64,000 nt of DNA from Macrostomum hystrix. Taxonomy: Eukaryota; Animalia; Platyhelminthes. Shown piece by piece: positions 11,945-24,394 of the stretch. A program made the position numbers and the translations under genes. The stretch is from positions 19,964,001 through 20,028,000 of the forward strand of contig CATNEN010000039.1 in NCBI GenBank assembly GCA_950097015.1. Direction: 5' to 3'. How positions within the stretch are numbered: position 1 is the first letter of the stretch; each line of letters opens with the position of its first letter. Below the pieces are notes generated by a model that saw nothing but the letters and a program-made list of their open reading frames with translations, was not told the origin of the DNA and ran no database searches.

Positions 11945-12720
11945 ATTTGGAAAAAATGAGAGATTTGAAAGGCCTTAGTGATGGAATTTGAAACAATGAG
12001 AGATGGGATTTGAAACAATGAGAGATGGGATTTGAAACAATGACATATGGAATTCGAAACAATCAGAGATGGGATTTGAAACAATGAGAGATGGGATTTG
12101 AAACAATGAGAGATGGGAACAGGAAGATCTGAGTAATGGGATCAGTGAGACCTGAGAGATTGGATCAGGGAGACCTGATTGATGGGATCAGGGAGACCTG
12201 AGTGATGGGATCAGGGAGACCTGAGTGATGGGATCAGTGAGACCTGAGAGATGCGATCAGGGAGACCTGAGTGATGGGATCAGTGAGACCTGAGTGATGG
12301 GATCAGTGAGACCTGAGTAATGGGATCAGGGAGACCTGAGAGATTGGATCAGGGAGACCTGATTGATGGGATCAGGGAGACCTGAGTGATGGGATCAGGG
12401 AGACCTGAGAGATGCGATCAGGGAGACCTGAGTGATGGGATCAGTGAGACCTGAGTGATGGGATCAGTGAGACCTGAGTAATGGGATCAGGGAGACCTGA
12501 GTAATGGGATCAGGGAGACCTGATTGATGGGATCAGGGAGACCTGATTGATGGGATCAGGGAGACCTGAGAGATGGGATCAGGGAGACCTGAGAGATGGG
12601 ATCAGGGAGACCTGAGAGATGGGATCAGGGAGACCTGAGTGATGGGATAAGGGAGACCTGATTGATGGGATCAGGGAGACCTGGGAGATAGGAACAGGAA
12701 GACCTGAGTGATGAGACTAG
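11945..12720. repeat. Adjacent 22-bp (GAGAGATGGGATTTGAAACAAT) and 23-bp (GATGGGATCAGGGAGACCTGAGT) minisatellites
   Basis: Two tandem arrays sharing a GATGGGAT core. Confidence 0.93.
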
Positions 12721-13289
12721 AGAGTTCAAGGGATGGGATAAATGAGACATGGGAGACGGGATTCTATAGATGGGGTTGGAAATTGATGAAATGACTTAGT
12801 AAAACTTAAAAAGCAGTTTTTGAGTGATAGGAAAAATGGATGACCATTCCTGAGTTTTCCTGTAATGATTTAGCAAAACAATGCATACTACTATTTTTGA
12901 ATGAGTTTTACTATTGGCAAGTAGTATTGATCAGCATTTTAATGTTAATAAAAAATATAAGCAAACAAGAAAAATTTTACGTCGTTTTTATTTAAGAAAG
13001 TCGTGCGATTGCATTTTATCGAAGGCAAAGACGCAACAAGTAATTGTCAAGTAGTTTATTAAAATCACATTAACTTTTTTATAACTATTGAAAAATCACA
13101 AATCATAAATAACTTAATTAATAATTGGCAATTTAACTTGGGTCGAGTGAAAAAAATAACTTTGCTCAAAAAATCCATCGGTTGGCTCTGAAATTCAGAA
13201 TTTAAAGAAAAGAAATGTACGATAAGAGGGCCTGGTGATAGTCCCAATTCAATACTACGGGAATAATATAACTATAATTTATAAATATT

Positions 13290-14921
13290 TCACCTAGCTA
13301 AGTTGGGCCAGAGAGAAGCGAGGAGAGGTAGGAGGAGACGATACGAGACGAGAGGAGAGGAGAGGAAAGGAGAGGAGAGGAGAGGAGAGGAGAGGAGAGG
13401 AGAGGAGAGGAGAGGAGAGGAAAGGAGAGGAGAGGAAAGGAGAGGAGAGGAGAGGAGAGGAGAGGAGAGGAGATGAAAGGCGTGGAGAGGAGAGGAGAGG
13501 AGAGGAGAGGAGAGGAGAGGAGAGGAGAGGAGAGGAGAGGAGAGGAGAGGAGAGGAGAGGAGAGGAGAGGAGAGGAGAGGAGAGGAGAGGAGAGGAGAGG
13601 AGAGGAGAGGAGAGGAGAGGAGAGGAGAGGAGAGGAGAGGAGAGGAGAGGAGAGGAGAGGAGAGGAGAGGAGAGGAGAGGAGAGGAGAGGAGAGGAGAGG
13701 AGAGAGGAGTGGAGAGGAGATGAGAGGAGTGGAGAGGAGAGGAGAGGAGATGAGAGGAGTGGAGAGGAGAGGAGAGGGGATGAGAGGAGTGGAGAGGAGA
13801 GGAGAGGAGAGGGGATGAGAGGAGTGGAGAGGAGAGGAGAGGAGAGAGGAGTGGAGAGGAGAGGAGAGGAGAGGAGAGGAGAGAGGAGTGGAGAGGAGAT
13901 GAGAGGAGTGGAGAGGAGAGGAGAGGAGAGGAGAGTAGAGGAGAGGATAAGAGAGGAGAGGAGTGCAATCAGGGAACTCACATAGCTGGGTATCGTCATT
14001 TCTCGCAGCATCATCAGTTGCACCGGTGTCGGCTGCAGTTTCCATCGCTGGAGTAGGTTCTTCTAGCAGAAATTAGTAAGGGGCAGCTTGTTTCGTTGGA
14101 AAACTGTTTTGTTTCTGTGGTAATTTCTACTGATGGATTGATGTACTTACCAGGACCTTCTTGACTGCCAGTCTGTGGCGGATCGTCTTCTTGTTTCACT
14201 GTTGAAGCTGCCGAAGCTGCCGCCGCCTCGACCGGTTGTTCTGGTTCGGCGGCCTTGGCGCCGACTTGGCGCTGCTGGCCTGCTGCAAGCGAAATCGAAC
14301 TTTGCTATTTCAGGAAACTGTTTTTATAGATACAATTGATGAAAGAATGGAAATTGAAAACACTCTAGTTGATTGAGATTAGTCAGGAACTGGAGAGGAG
14401 AGGAGAGGAGAGGAGAGGAGAGGAGAGGAGAGGAGAGGAGAGGAGAGGAGAGGAGAGGAGAGGAGAGGAGAGGAGAGGAGAGGAGAGGAGAGGAGAGGAG
14501 AGGAGAGGAGAGGAGAGGAGAGGAGAGGAGAGGAGAGGAGAGGAGAGGAGAGGAGAGGAGAGGAGAGGAGAGGAGAGGAGAGGAGAGGAGAGGAGAGGAG
14601 AGGAGAGGAGAGGAGAGGAGAGGAGAGGAGAGGAGAGGAGAGGAGAGGAGAGGAGAGGAGAGGAGAGGAGAGGAGAGGAGAGGAGAGGAGAGCAAAGGAG
14701 AGCAAAGGAGAGGAGTGGAGAGGAGAGAAGAGGAGTGGAGAGGAAATGGCAGGAGAGAGAATAGGAGAATTTTAAAGAGCTGATTGACTGTGAGAAGTTA
14801 TAATTGTGCGGGTTTTGACATGGATTTGTCTCTTATAGTCTATGGCAATTAGAAGCGAATTAGAATACTCACAATCCTGACTTCCGACAGCTGCGGCTGA
14901 CTTGCTTCCTTCGCAGCCCAT
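13290..14921 (-). CDS. ~89-aa acidic Ala-rich protein beginning MGCEGSKS (predicted myristoylation + palmitoylation)
   Basis: Exons 14921-14873, 14282-14151, 14062-13982 and 13297-13290 (last exon tentative). All introns are GT-AG and phase 1. Product MGCEGSKSAAAVGSQDSGQQRQVGAKAAEPEQPVEAAAASAASTVKQEDDPPQTGSQEGPEEPTPAMETAADTGATDDAARNDDTQLSR. Minus-strand AATAAA at ~13060-13055. Confidence 0.75.
13320..13963. repeat. (GAGAG)n pentanucleotide microsatellite
   Basis: Long purine tract in intron 3 of the MGC gene. Confidence 0.98.
14392..14760. repeat. (GAGAG)n pentanucleotide microsatellite
   Basis: Near-perfect tract in intron 1 of the MGC gene. Confidence 0.98.
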
Positions 14922-15111
14922 CGTTGAAATAGTCGACTGTTGAGGGTTTGATTTGACTGAATTGGAGGTCTCTCCTTTGTTTAGTCGCTGCCCCGTGGTA
15001 TTATATAGGCTATATTTTACGAGTGACAACTTCTATCGCAGTCGCATTGTGTTCACAATTAATGTCTCTATTTATTCCAGATAACAGGTATGCAGATTTT
15101 TTTTACCTTTT

Positions 15112-15250
15112 GTCATTAGCAACCGCGGTTACCATGGAGGCAAATGAGTCAGTTCAATTATTGCGCACGAATTTTTCAAACTTGTCTTTTTGCTTTCTTT
15201 AGAACTCTTTGCGTATAATTAGCGTTTGCCTTGTTTGTCGTCATAGCAAC
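15112..15250. promoter_or_regulatory. Cluster of X-box-like motifs with an adjacent forkhead-like site upstream of the MGC gene
   Basis: GTCATTAGCAAC (15112-15123), GTTACCATGGAGGC (15128-15141), and TGTTTG overlapping GTCGTCATAGCAAC (15232-15250). TATA-like TATATAA on the minus strand near 15001-15007. Confidence 0.5.
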
Positions 15251-15489
15251 AATTTATGTGTACACATTAAACATTCAAAAAATAATGTTGACTAGACATT
15301 GTCATACCCTCAAAAGCCAAGTTCGTCATACAATGGACATTAACTTTAACTAAAATGACTGTCACGCCTTATCTTCCTATCGGCGAGCATGAGGGGCAGA
15401 ACACGCTGTCACACTTACCCTAATTTGCTGCTTTTGCTGCACTATTACACACTCGATAAAGTCTTGGAAACGCTAAACGTCTAAAAATT

Positions 15490-16200
15490 ACAGATTTTAC
15501 AAATTCATCGAATTCACAGAATTCCCCAATTCACAGAATTCCCCAATTCACAGAATTCACCAATTTACAGAATTCACCAATTCACGGAATTCACCAATTC
15601 ACAGAATTCACCAATTAACAGAATTCCCCAATTCACAGAATTCACCAATTAACAGAATTCACCAATTCACAGAATTCACCTATTTACAGAATTCCCCAAT
15701 TCACAGAATTCCCCAATTCACAGAATTCCCCAATTCACAGAATTCACCAATTCACAGAATTCACCAATTCACAGAATTCCCCAATTCACAGAATTCCCCA
15801 ATTAACAGAATTCCCCAATTCACAGAATTCACCAATTCACAGAATTCCCCAATTAACAGAATTCACCAATTAACAGAATTCACCAATTCACAGAATTCAC
15901 CAATTCACAGAATTCCCCAATTTACAGAATTCACCAATTAACAGAATTCACCAATTCACAGAATTCACCAATTCACAGAATTCACCAATTCACAGAATTC
16001 CCCAATTGACAGAATTCACCAATTGACAGAATTCACCAATTTACAGAATTCACCAATTCACAGAATTCCCCAATTCACAGAATTCACCAATTCACAGAAT
16101 TCCCCAATTCACAGAATTCCCCAATTGACAGAATTCACCAATTTACAGAATTCACCAATTCACAGAATTTCACCAATTCACAGAATTTTCCTAATTCAGA
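15490..16200. repeat. 17-bp minisatellite AATTCACAGAATTC(A/C)CC, ~40 copies
   Basis: Tandem array in the divergent intergenic region. Confidence 0.96.
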
Positions 16201-17576
16201 GCTCACCAATTTGCAATTTCATGACTCCGAAATTTACGGATTTCACAGAATTGATCCCATATCTCTTCTTCGGAAACCGTCCACTGATTAGGAGCTATCT
16301 TAGCAGATCAGATAAACAAAAATGAGGCTTCTGATTGGACTTAAATGGCTGAATGGCTAAAAATAGACAACGAGCCGTATAGCTAAAGTTTCTTGCAATT
16401 CATAGTTAAGGCTTAGAAAAATATTGATTCTGACGAGCTATAAACCAGTTGAGTTTGTATTTACGTCAATTTTGTGTGAGAGAATGCGTAATTCATTTCT
16501 GTTATTTCACTATCGTGAGAGAGCTGTGTTCAACACACATGTTTACAGTTCATATTAAATAGACTTCGTATTGGGCAGATAAAAAAACAATGGTCACTAG
16601 CTGCTAAATATAGGAAATTTATGCTGAGTGAGGATTAATGCTCGGAGCGCGGAGTGCAGTAAACAGTGGCGTCAGCTGCTTAATGGTGGAGAAACAGGTT
16701 CTCATGAGCCACCAACTCTCATGTCTGGGTTATTATTGATCTCAGAGTCACTACTCAAAGATGTGAAATGTCTGATCTGAAAATCGCGTCTTGGGATCCG
16801 AAAACTCTACTGTGGGATATGATGAATCATTATTTGGATCTAAAAATCTCATTCTTCATCATACTTTCCCGCTTCTTAAAATCCCTTTTCGCTATTTGAA
16901 AAATCCTGTTTTTAGATAGGAAAATCATATTTAATTTGGACTTAAAAAACTTCAATTATTTAACCTAAAATACAATTTTAGAATCCGAATAAAATCGATT
17001 TCGGAGGAAATGAGACATTTTTACGCTTAGAACTGAGACTTAAAAGTTTCTATCTGACTTCTAAATATCCCAAAATGTTCCAACGGAGTTCTCATGGGTC
17101 AATTAAGGTCATTTGATTGTATTCAGTAGTAATTGTTTTGAATACAGGCGACAATCGACTAGCTCATTGTGGGTGTGTGGCAGAAATTTCATACTTAAAT
17201 GATCGACAGCCAGCCTTCAAATTGCCTCCCAGTCGACTGAACTCGCTTCCCATTGGCTCCTAGCTGCAGCCCTACAATCTGCACAACCGGCTGGGCTTTT
17301 GTGAGGAAAGGAAAATAAGGGAAGAAATGAGGCTAAAGTCCGGGGGGTTTGGAGGAGCTGGAAAATATCCCCTTACTACGCTGGAACCCCGCCTAACAAC
17401 CGCCCCCCCCCCAGTAGTCAAGTAGATCCTACGCAGAGGTGTCGCCCACCCCAAAAGCCCGGTTGTACGGATCGCTCAGTCCTTGCCACTGGCTTACAAA
17501 TACAACTAGGGCTCGATCAGGCCAAACCCAGCTGAACCGAGCCAAAGCAGATTCTGCACTAACTATTTCAACAACG

Positions 17577-20500
17577 ATGGAATCACCAAAGGTTGACATC
17601 GGCCTGATCGACAGCGGCATTCAGAGGCGACAGAGCCGGAGGAAGATCTCGTTCCAGGAGCTGGAGGCCGACTGCCTTGCTGCCGATGACGACGGCGACT
17701 CGGGCTGCGGCGATTTCGACAAAAATCTGGCGCACAATTGTAGGGCCTCGTTCGCCGAGTCAGTGTTCAGCAGCAACTCGGCTAATGAGTCCAATTTTGG
17801 GGCGGCACTGTGCAGGTGAGTGAGTAGGGCAATGTGGAGTTCGAGTTTTTTTGGATCAAGAGGGATCCCAAGGGGATTTGGGAGAGAGTGAGAGAGGGAG
17901 AAAGATAGGTGGAGAGGGGGAGAGTGAGAGAGGGAGAGAAGAAGAGAGGGAGAAACATAGGTAGACGAGAGAGGGAGAGAGAGAGTGGGGATAAAGATAG
18001 AGTGAAGTGAAAAAATTCCTTTCTAATCTTTCTCATGTAGAAAGAAGGATTCAATTTGTTAAGGTACATTTCTAAAGCGAAAGTTGTAAGTATGACGTTA
18101 TAAAAATCTTAACAGCAACTTTTACTGTTTAATGACAGAGAAAATCTTCAAAACAGTGTGTTACGAGTTATGGTCGGGGAAGGGGCATTGTGGCAAGGTC
18201 GGGTGTTAACTGGAATTAACTCGTTTCCTCGCCTTGCTAGTGCAGCCACGCATAGTTAGGGAGTGCATTTCCTAATTTCCTCACGAAAACTCCCATTGCA
18301 CTTCTGCCCACATCTACAACACTGTGAGAAGGGAAATAATGAGCTATAGGCTAAGGCTATAAGAGTGAGCTACTGAATAGTATATGAGCATGCACTTAAA
18401 GGCACTTGCAACACACATGCGCCCCACCCTCCCTGAGGCCTTCAGAGCCAATTTCCGCCATTCGTCACCCTGCAACTGAGACCCCTGAAGGACTGGGGGG
18501 TGCGCCTTTTGCGGGAGTTGCTTTGACAACCGCCAGCCGCGGAACAGCTGCGGGCACTGCTGAATTCTTTCACTTTTCTTTCATACCTTCAAACAATGCT
18601 GTTCTCCTGGCTAAATTGCTTGTGTTAAGGATCCGACAAGATTTCTCATTCACTTGTGCCACAATGCCCATTCCCCGACCATAACACACTGTTTTGAAGC
18701 TGTTCTCTGTCATTAAACAGTAAAAGTTGCTGTTAAGATTTTTATAACGTCTTACTTACAACTTTCGCTTTAGAAATGTACCTTAACAAATTGAATCCTT
18801 CCGCCCTATTAGAGAAAGATTAGAAAGGAATTTGTTCACTTCACGATATTGGCTGTAAAGACAACTACTATTCCCATATGGTTAGATAATTCCCAACCCT
18901 TACAGTTATACATATAATGTGTCATAAAACAGTGAGCCATTATCAGTTTAATTATTATTTGTGCATAATTATCTACCTGCTGTAAAATCTGTCAAATTAA
19001 AAAACCCTCCCTTCCACAGCCTCAGCCCCGCCACAGAGGATGACTGCCGGCTGGCCCTGAAAGCCTGGGCCAGGAAGCGGCTTCTACTGTGCGGCGGCAA
19101 GATCAAAGAGATCAAATTCCGCCATATCAGCCAACGGAAGGCCTTCCAGGTAAAATAAAGGGAGATGGTGAAGGCTGGGGGTTGATGGCCATTGCTCGAG
19201 CCGAAAATAGAATTCCAAATTAGAAACTGGATTCGGCGCAGAGCTCACAACGGGTACAAATGTACTTTTATTATCGGCTATCGAGAGATAAGGCCAAGTA
19301 CAACAATGAAATTTTATTTTCATCAAGTTAACAAGCAATGCGCCGTCTGCACGCAATGCAGATTCAGAATGAGAAAGAAGGGAAGGAAATACTAATGTAA
19401 AAAGTTTTTTGCCTTGTAAAGCCTTTCCATTATTTGAATTAAAAACATAAATTAAAGCATTCTTACAACCCAGGCATACATTTGCCCTGGCTAGACGGAC
19501 AGGACGGATCGCCTGAAAATTTTAACGAAAAATAATTCCATAGCGGAACTTAGCAACCGAACTAGTCTCAATATAATTGGTTAATATAACAATTATAGAG
19601 GCCTATTATCCAAATCCTTAACGCCAGATCGATAGCATCAACTACTTTGCCTTAGCAACCAGTTGCCTTAGTAACCAGTTGCCTTAGTAACCAGTTGCCT
19701 TAGTAACCAGTTGCCTAAGCAACCAGTTGCTTTTGTAACCAGTTGCCTTAGTAACCAGTTGCCTTAGCAACCAGTTGCCTTAGCGACCAGTCGCCTTAGC
19801 AACCAGTTATGAAATTTTTGTAGCATAATCAGCTATCATTCTCGCAGTACTCGCTGGACACCTACGTCGAGACGCGCAACGTTCACTCGGCCGTCGAGCC
19901 GTTGGAGAACTTGAAGAACGCCTGCCGCCAGTTTCCGCAGTCGCTGTGGGACATCGAGTGCCGCCCAGGCGGTCGGCCATTCGAAAGCTCCGAGCAGCGC
20001 GTGGCGATTCCCGGCACGGCGCGGGTCATTCTCTGCTCCGCCTGCAACGGGCGCGGCTGGCAGGTGTGCGCCGCCTGTCACGGCCGCGGACGGGCAGACT
20101 GCGACACCTGCTTCGGCGGCAACTTCGTGGGGCCAGCCGGTAGTCGCCGCCTGGAATTCCCGTCGCAGGCTGTCTACGGGCGGCACGCGTGTCACGAGTG
20201 CAATGAGACTGGCGAGTACTGCTGTCCCTACTGCAGCGGGGCGGGCCACCTGCACTGCAAGGCCTGCATTGGCAAGGGCAAGCTGCAGCGCTACATGCAG
20301 CTCACTGTGCGATTGTGAGTCCGACGGATTACGAAAACCCGGAAATTTTGTTTTGCATAATTAATTAGATTGGCAGCCGACAGCCGTAGCCATCAAAATC
20401 CAGAACAAGGCCTAAAATTTTCCGCTCCATTTGACGAGACAGCTTCCTGAATCACAAAACATCAGCATCGTCGAGATTCAACGATTCTGGTCGGGGGTGT

Positions 20501-21113
20501 CCGTTGGCAAAGACCATCAATATGTGCGAAAATTCAGTTTTTTAATTTTCATCATGTAACCATATTGTCACCAGGGCCTTTGACAAGAATCGCTGAATAT
20601 ATCGATGAGGCTGACGTCATATGGCTTTGAAAATTGTAAAGAGCGAATGTTCTAATTTATAAATTAGCAAAGGATTGCTAATTTTATTCTAACGTATATT
20701 GTATATTGCATGTACGCTGAAGTTTCAATTCAAAAAAGCCATCACGCCACCTCATCAGTGACAGCATCTCGTCGAGTCAGCTCATGTGCGAGCGCATGGA
20801 CCTGTTGGAGAGTCGCTTATCCAAGGTCACCGGCGTGCTGCTGCACGAGACGGACTCGGCCGCTGAGGCCCTGCCGCTGAGCCAGTTCTCCAAGGAGGTG
20901 CGCCAGCTGTCGCAGACGATGCTGGATTATCACGCCGAGCAGGCGAAACGAACGGAGGCGAGAATCCTGCGCCAGAGGCAGCTGCTGCACGCGGTACCTG
21001 TGACGCAGGTGGACTACACGTGGCGCGGTCGGAATGGCACCCTGTGGATCTATGGCAATGAGCGCAAGTGCTTCTGCCCGCAGCTGGCGCAGTCAACTTG
21101 CGCTGTGCTTTGA
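17577..21113 (+). CDS. SSUH2: Protein SSUH2 homolog (DnaJ-like CxxCxGxG zinc fingers, C-terminal CaaX)
   Basis: Exons 17577-17815, 19020-19149, 19848-20314 and 20723 (or 20759)-21113. Motifs: YSLDTYVETR, repeated CxxCxGxG, ARILRQRQ...VPVTQVDY.W...WIYGNERK; ends CAVL. Confidence 0.9.
18002..18844. mobile_element. MITE/foldback-type element with ~160-bp terminal inverted repeats in SSUH2 intron 1
   Basis: 18002-18163 is a near-perfect reverse complement of 18682-18844; the ~520-bp interior has no recognisable gene. Confidence 0.8.
19646..19808. repeat. 16-bp minisatellite AGTTGCCTTAG(C/T)AACC, ~10 copies; each unit is an RFX X-box match
   Basis: The unit contains GTTGCC-TT-AGYAAC. The array ends ~40 bp before SSUH2 exon 3. 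Confidence 0.9.
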
Positions 21114-22354
21114 AATTTAGATAACAAAAACGGTAGAACGGTAGATAACAAAGTCGTTATTAACACCGGAGCTTTTGTTTTACTAATGCCAGAAAATTTT
21201 GAGCCGTTCTGTTAGTACCGTAATTAACACCAAAAGTTTGGCTTTTAAAAGTACATTCATCGGTAGTAACACATTCAGATTTCTAGTTCTAATAATTATA
21301 AATCGTGGTCGATGTCGTTATACTGATGTTCGTATTTTCGGATATTTATTTTCGCAACTTTCCTGTGTTTTTTTTTTATTGTACGCGACTATTGTACCGC
21401 AATCTATCATTTAAAGTACTTTATGCGCACCTGAAATGTTAGTGAGTTCATGCAACTTCTTTCTGTGTTTTTTATTTCCAGAAGTCTGTCTATAAATGTT
21501 TATTGTGAAAGAAATTTCGAATTGAGTGATAAGGAAAGTAGTTTTTTCAACAAACACCGATGTACTTCGGAAAAGTGAATGGAGAAAATGTCTATCAGTC
21601 TCATTCTGATTGGCTGCAGGATCGAATGAATTTCATGAAGGGTGATTCCGATTCTATTTATAGCAACAGATCCACGCGCCCATTGTTGTTGTCTCCACGC
21701 ACATAAAGCAAAAAACTAATTATTTTAAATTTAAAGCTGGACTTTCTTGTCACTCTGTCTGCGTTGCATTAATAATTAGCTTTAACTGTCATGTCCACCT
21801 GTTAAAAAAGCCCTTCATTTTATAAGTTTTAAAAAACTAATTTCTTGTTAAGTTTCTGTGGAATTCCAACTTCAATTTTCATCTCGAGCAGATTATATTT
21901 TTGTTTATTTGTTTAGCAGATTGCATAAATATTCTTAAACTATTTTTGTTTCATTTTAGCTAATCTACGTGCGTATTCAGCATTTCCATTTCCATTTTCT
22001 CAGAGCACATTCATTCAGTGTAAGTGCCAGTGCAATTAAAATTTGCCTGATATACTTATTTATCAGAATCATCATAATCTATATAAATACCTACTCATTC
22101 ATGTTTGTTAAAATGACAGGGTTATCTATCGCGCGTTAAACAATTAACTAACTTATACTACTATTCTTTCATCAAACTGTTCAGTAGATCTGATCCGTTT
22201 TTCCTCCGAAAGTGTAAACGATCTCAAATAATTGCAATCGCAATGTTCAGATTAAAATTATACGAGAATAGTTTATGATCATGTCGTTTCATGACATCAA
22301 ATAAGACTAAACTACGAGTATTAAATGCTTGTTTGTATTACTTACAAACAAACA

Positions 22355-22580
22355 AGAGTGAGAGAGTGAAAGAGAGAGTGAAAGAGAGAGTGAAAGAGAG
22401 AGTGAAAGAGAGAGTGAACGAGAGAGTGAAAGAGAGAGTGAAAGAGAGGGTGAAAGAGAGAGTGAACGAGAGAGTGACTTAGAGAGAGTGACTTAGAGAG
22501 AGTGACTTAGAGAGAGTGACTTAGAGAGGGTGAAAGAGAGAGAGAGTGACTTAGAGAGGGTGAAAGAGAGAGAGAGTGAA
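22355..22580. repeat. 12-14 bp purine-rich tandem repeats (GAGAGTGAAAGA / GAGAGTGACTTAGA)
   Basis: Tandem copies. Confidence 0.9.
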
Positions 22581-22920
22581 AGGCACAGTGAAATCTCTAC
22601 ACAGTGAAATCTCTACACAAAAGAAGTGAAGGGGGAAAGTCCATAACTTTGAGCAGTAACTAACAGGCAAATTGTTGCAGCACAACTTTTGAGAGCTAGT
22701 GGAATTGCGAGTAGGAATAAAAATATTTATGACCTTGATTGACCCTAAAGACTCCCACCATTGACCCAATTTATTCTCTGCATCGCCATCAATACGTTTG
22801 GCTGATTGCCGTCAAATTATATAGATGAATTTATGAGTTGCGTGCATACTCGATGCCAAAGCAAATCAGAAAAATACATAATATTTACTGCTGCAGAAAG
22901 AACTTAAAGGAATAGCTGAG

Positions 22921-23866
22921 CAGCTAGAGAGTAGCTAGAGAGTAGCTAGAGAGTAGCTAGAGAGTAGCTAGAGAGTAGCTAGAGAGTAGCTAGAGAGTAG
23001 CTAGAGAGTAGCTAGAGAATAGCTAGAGAATAGCTAGAGAGTCGCTAGAGAATAGCTAGAGAGTAGCTAGACAGCAGCTAGAGAGTAGCAAGAGAATAGC
23101 TAGAGAGTAGCTAGACAGCAGCTAGAGAGTAGCAAGAGAATAGCTAGAGAATAGCTAGAGAATAGCTAGAGAATAGCTAGAGAATAGCTAGAGAGTAGCT
23201 AGAGAATAGCTAGAGAGTCGCTAGAGAATAGCTAGAGAGTAGCAAGAGAATAGCTAGAGAGTCGCTAGAGAATAGCTAGAGAGTAGCAAGAGAATAGCTA
23301 GAGAATAGCTAGAGAATAGCTAGAGAATAGCTAGAGAATAGCTAGAGAGTAGCTAGACAGCAGCTAGAGAGTAGCAAGAGAATAGCTAGAGAATAGCTAG
23401 AGAATAGCTAGAGAATAGCTAGAGAATAGCTAGAGAGTAGCTAGACAGCAGCTAGAGAGTAGCAAGAGAATAGCTAGAGAATAGCTAGAGAATAGCTAGA
23501 GAATAGCTAGAGAATAGCTAGAGAGTCGCTAGAGAATAGCTAGAGAATAGCTAGAGAATAGCTAGAGAATAGCTAGAGAATAGCTAGAGAATAGCTAGAG
23601 AATAGCTAGAGAATAGCTAGAGAATAGCTAGAGAATAGCTAGAGAATAGCTAGAGAATAGCTAGAGAGTCGCTAGAGAATAGCTAGAGAGTAGCTAGAGA
23701 GTAGCTAGAGAGTCGCTAGAGAATAGCTAGAGAGTAGCTAGAGAGTAGCTAGAGAGTAGCTAGAGGATAGCTAGATAGCAGCTAGAGAGTAGCAAAAGAG
23801 TCGCTATAGAGAATAGCTAGACAGCAGCTAGAGAATAGCTAGAGAGTAGCAAGAGAGTCGCTAGAG
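22921..23866. repeat. 11-bp satellite AGCTAGAGA(G/A)T
   Basis: ~85 tandem copies; same unit as 25339-27074. Confidence 0.97.
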
Positions 23867-24270
23867 GATATCCATAATCTTGACGTTGCTGGTGCTGAAG
23901 CTTGCAAAGTCAGGGCAAGCATTGCTAATTCTGCAGCTGAGCTGTCTGATCCCTGCCCAGTAACTAGTAGAGCACATGCGACAGGATTTCAAGATTGGCC
24001 TGTCAATCAGTCCAGCAGAGAAAGTGCTGTCGCGCCAGGTGTTTCACGCACTTTCAGCCCTGCTCTAATATTGCATAGGGCTAGCGAGCTTCGTGCAGTT
24101 CAATATCGGAAACTATAATCCCGATCAAGTGGAAATTGAGAATCATATTGATAAGCTTATTGATCTCTGGCTAGCCCAGTGCTTAGTAAAAGTAGCTGGA
24201 GTCTATTTAAATATTGAGGCTTATAGCTGTGTTAGTAAAAAACTGAAACGTTTAAAATTGTTTATTTAGT
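23865..24270 (+). pseudogene. Possible decayed coding exon of unknown family
   Basis: One frame reads ~130 coding-like codons (...LVEHMRQDFKIGLSISPAEKVLSRQVFHALSALL*YCIGLASFVQFNIGNYNPDQVEIENHIDKLIDLWLAQCL...) broken only by TAA at 23961 and 24066. No homologue recognised. Confidence 0.25.
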
Positions 24271-24394
24271 TACTGGTAGACACAGGGAGTGGGAAGCGGT
24301 TGCTAAAGTGAAGGTCTACGATCTGGGGAATTTTGTGTGGGAAGGGATTAAAATTCAGGGTGTAACAAGGCATTGGGGATTAAGAATGGATTGA

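Noticed and set aside
13290-14783. SSPLL / RRGEE ORFs
   Set aside because: Artefacts of (GAGAG)n; only the short non-repeat exons belong to the MGC gene.
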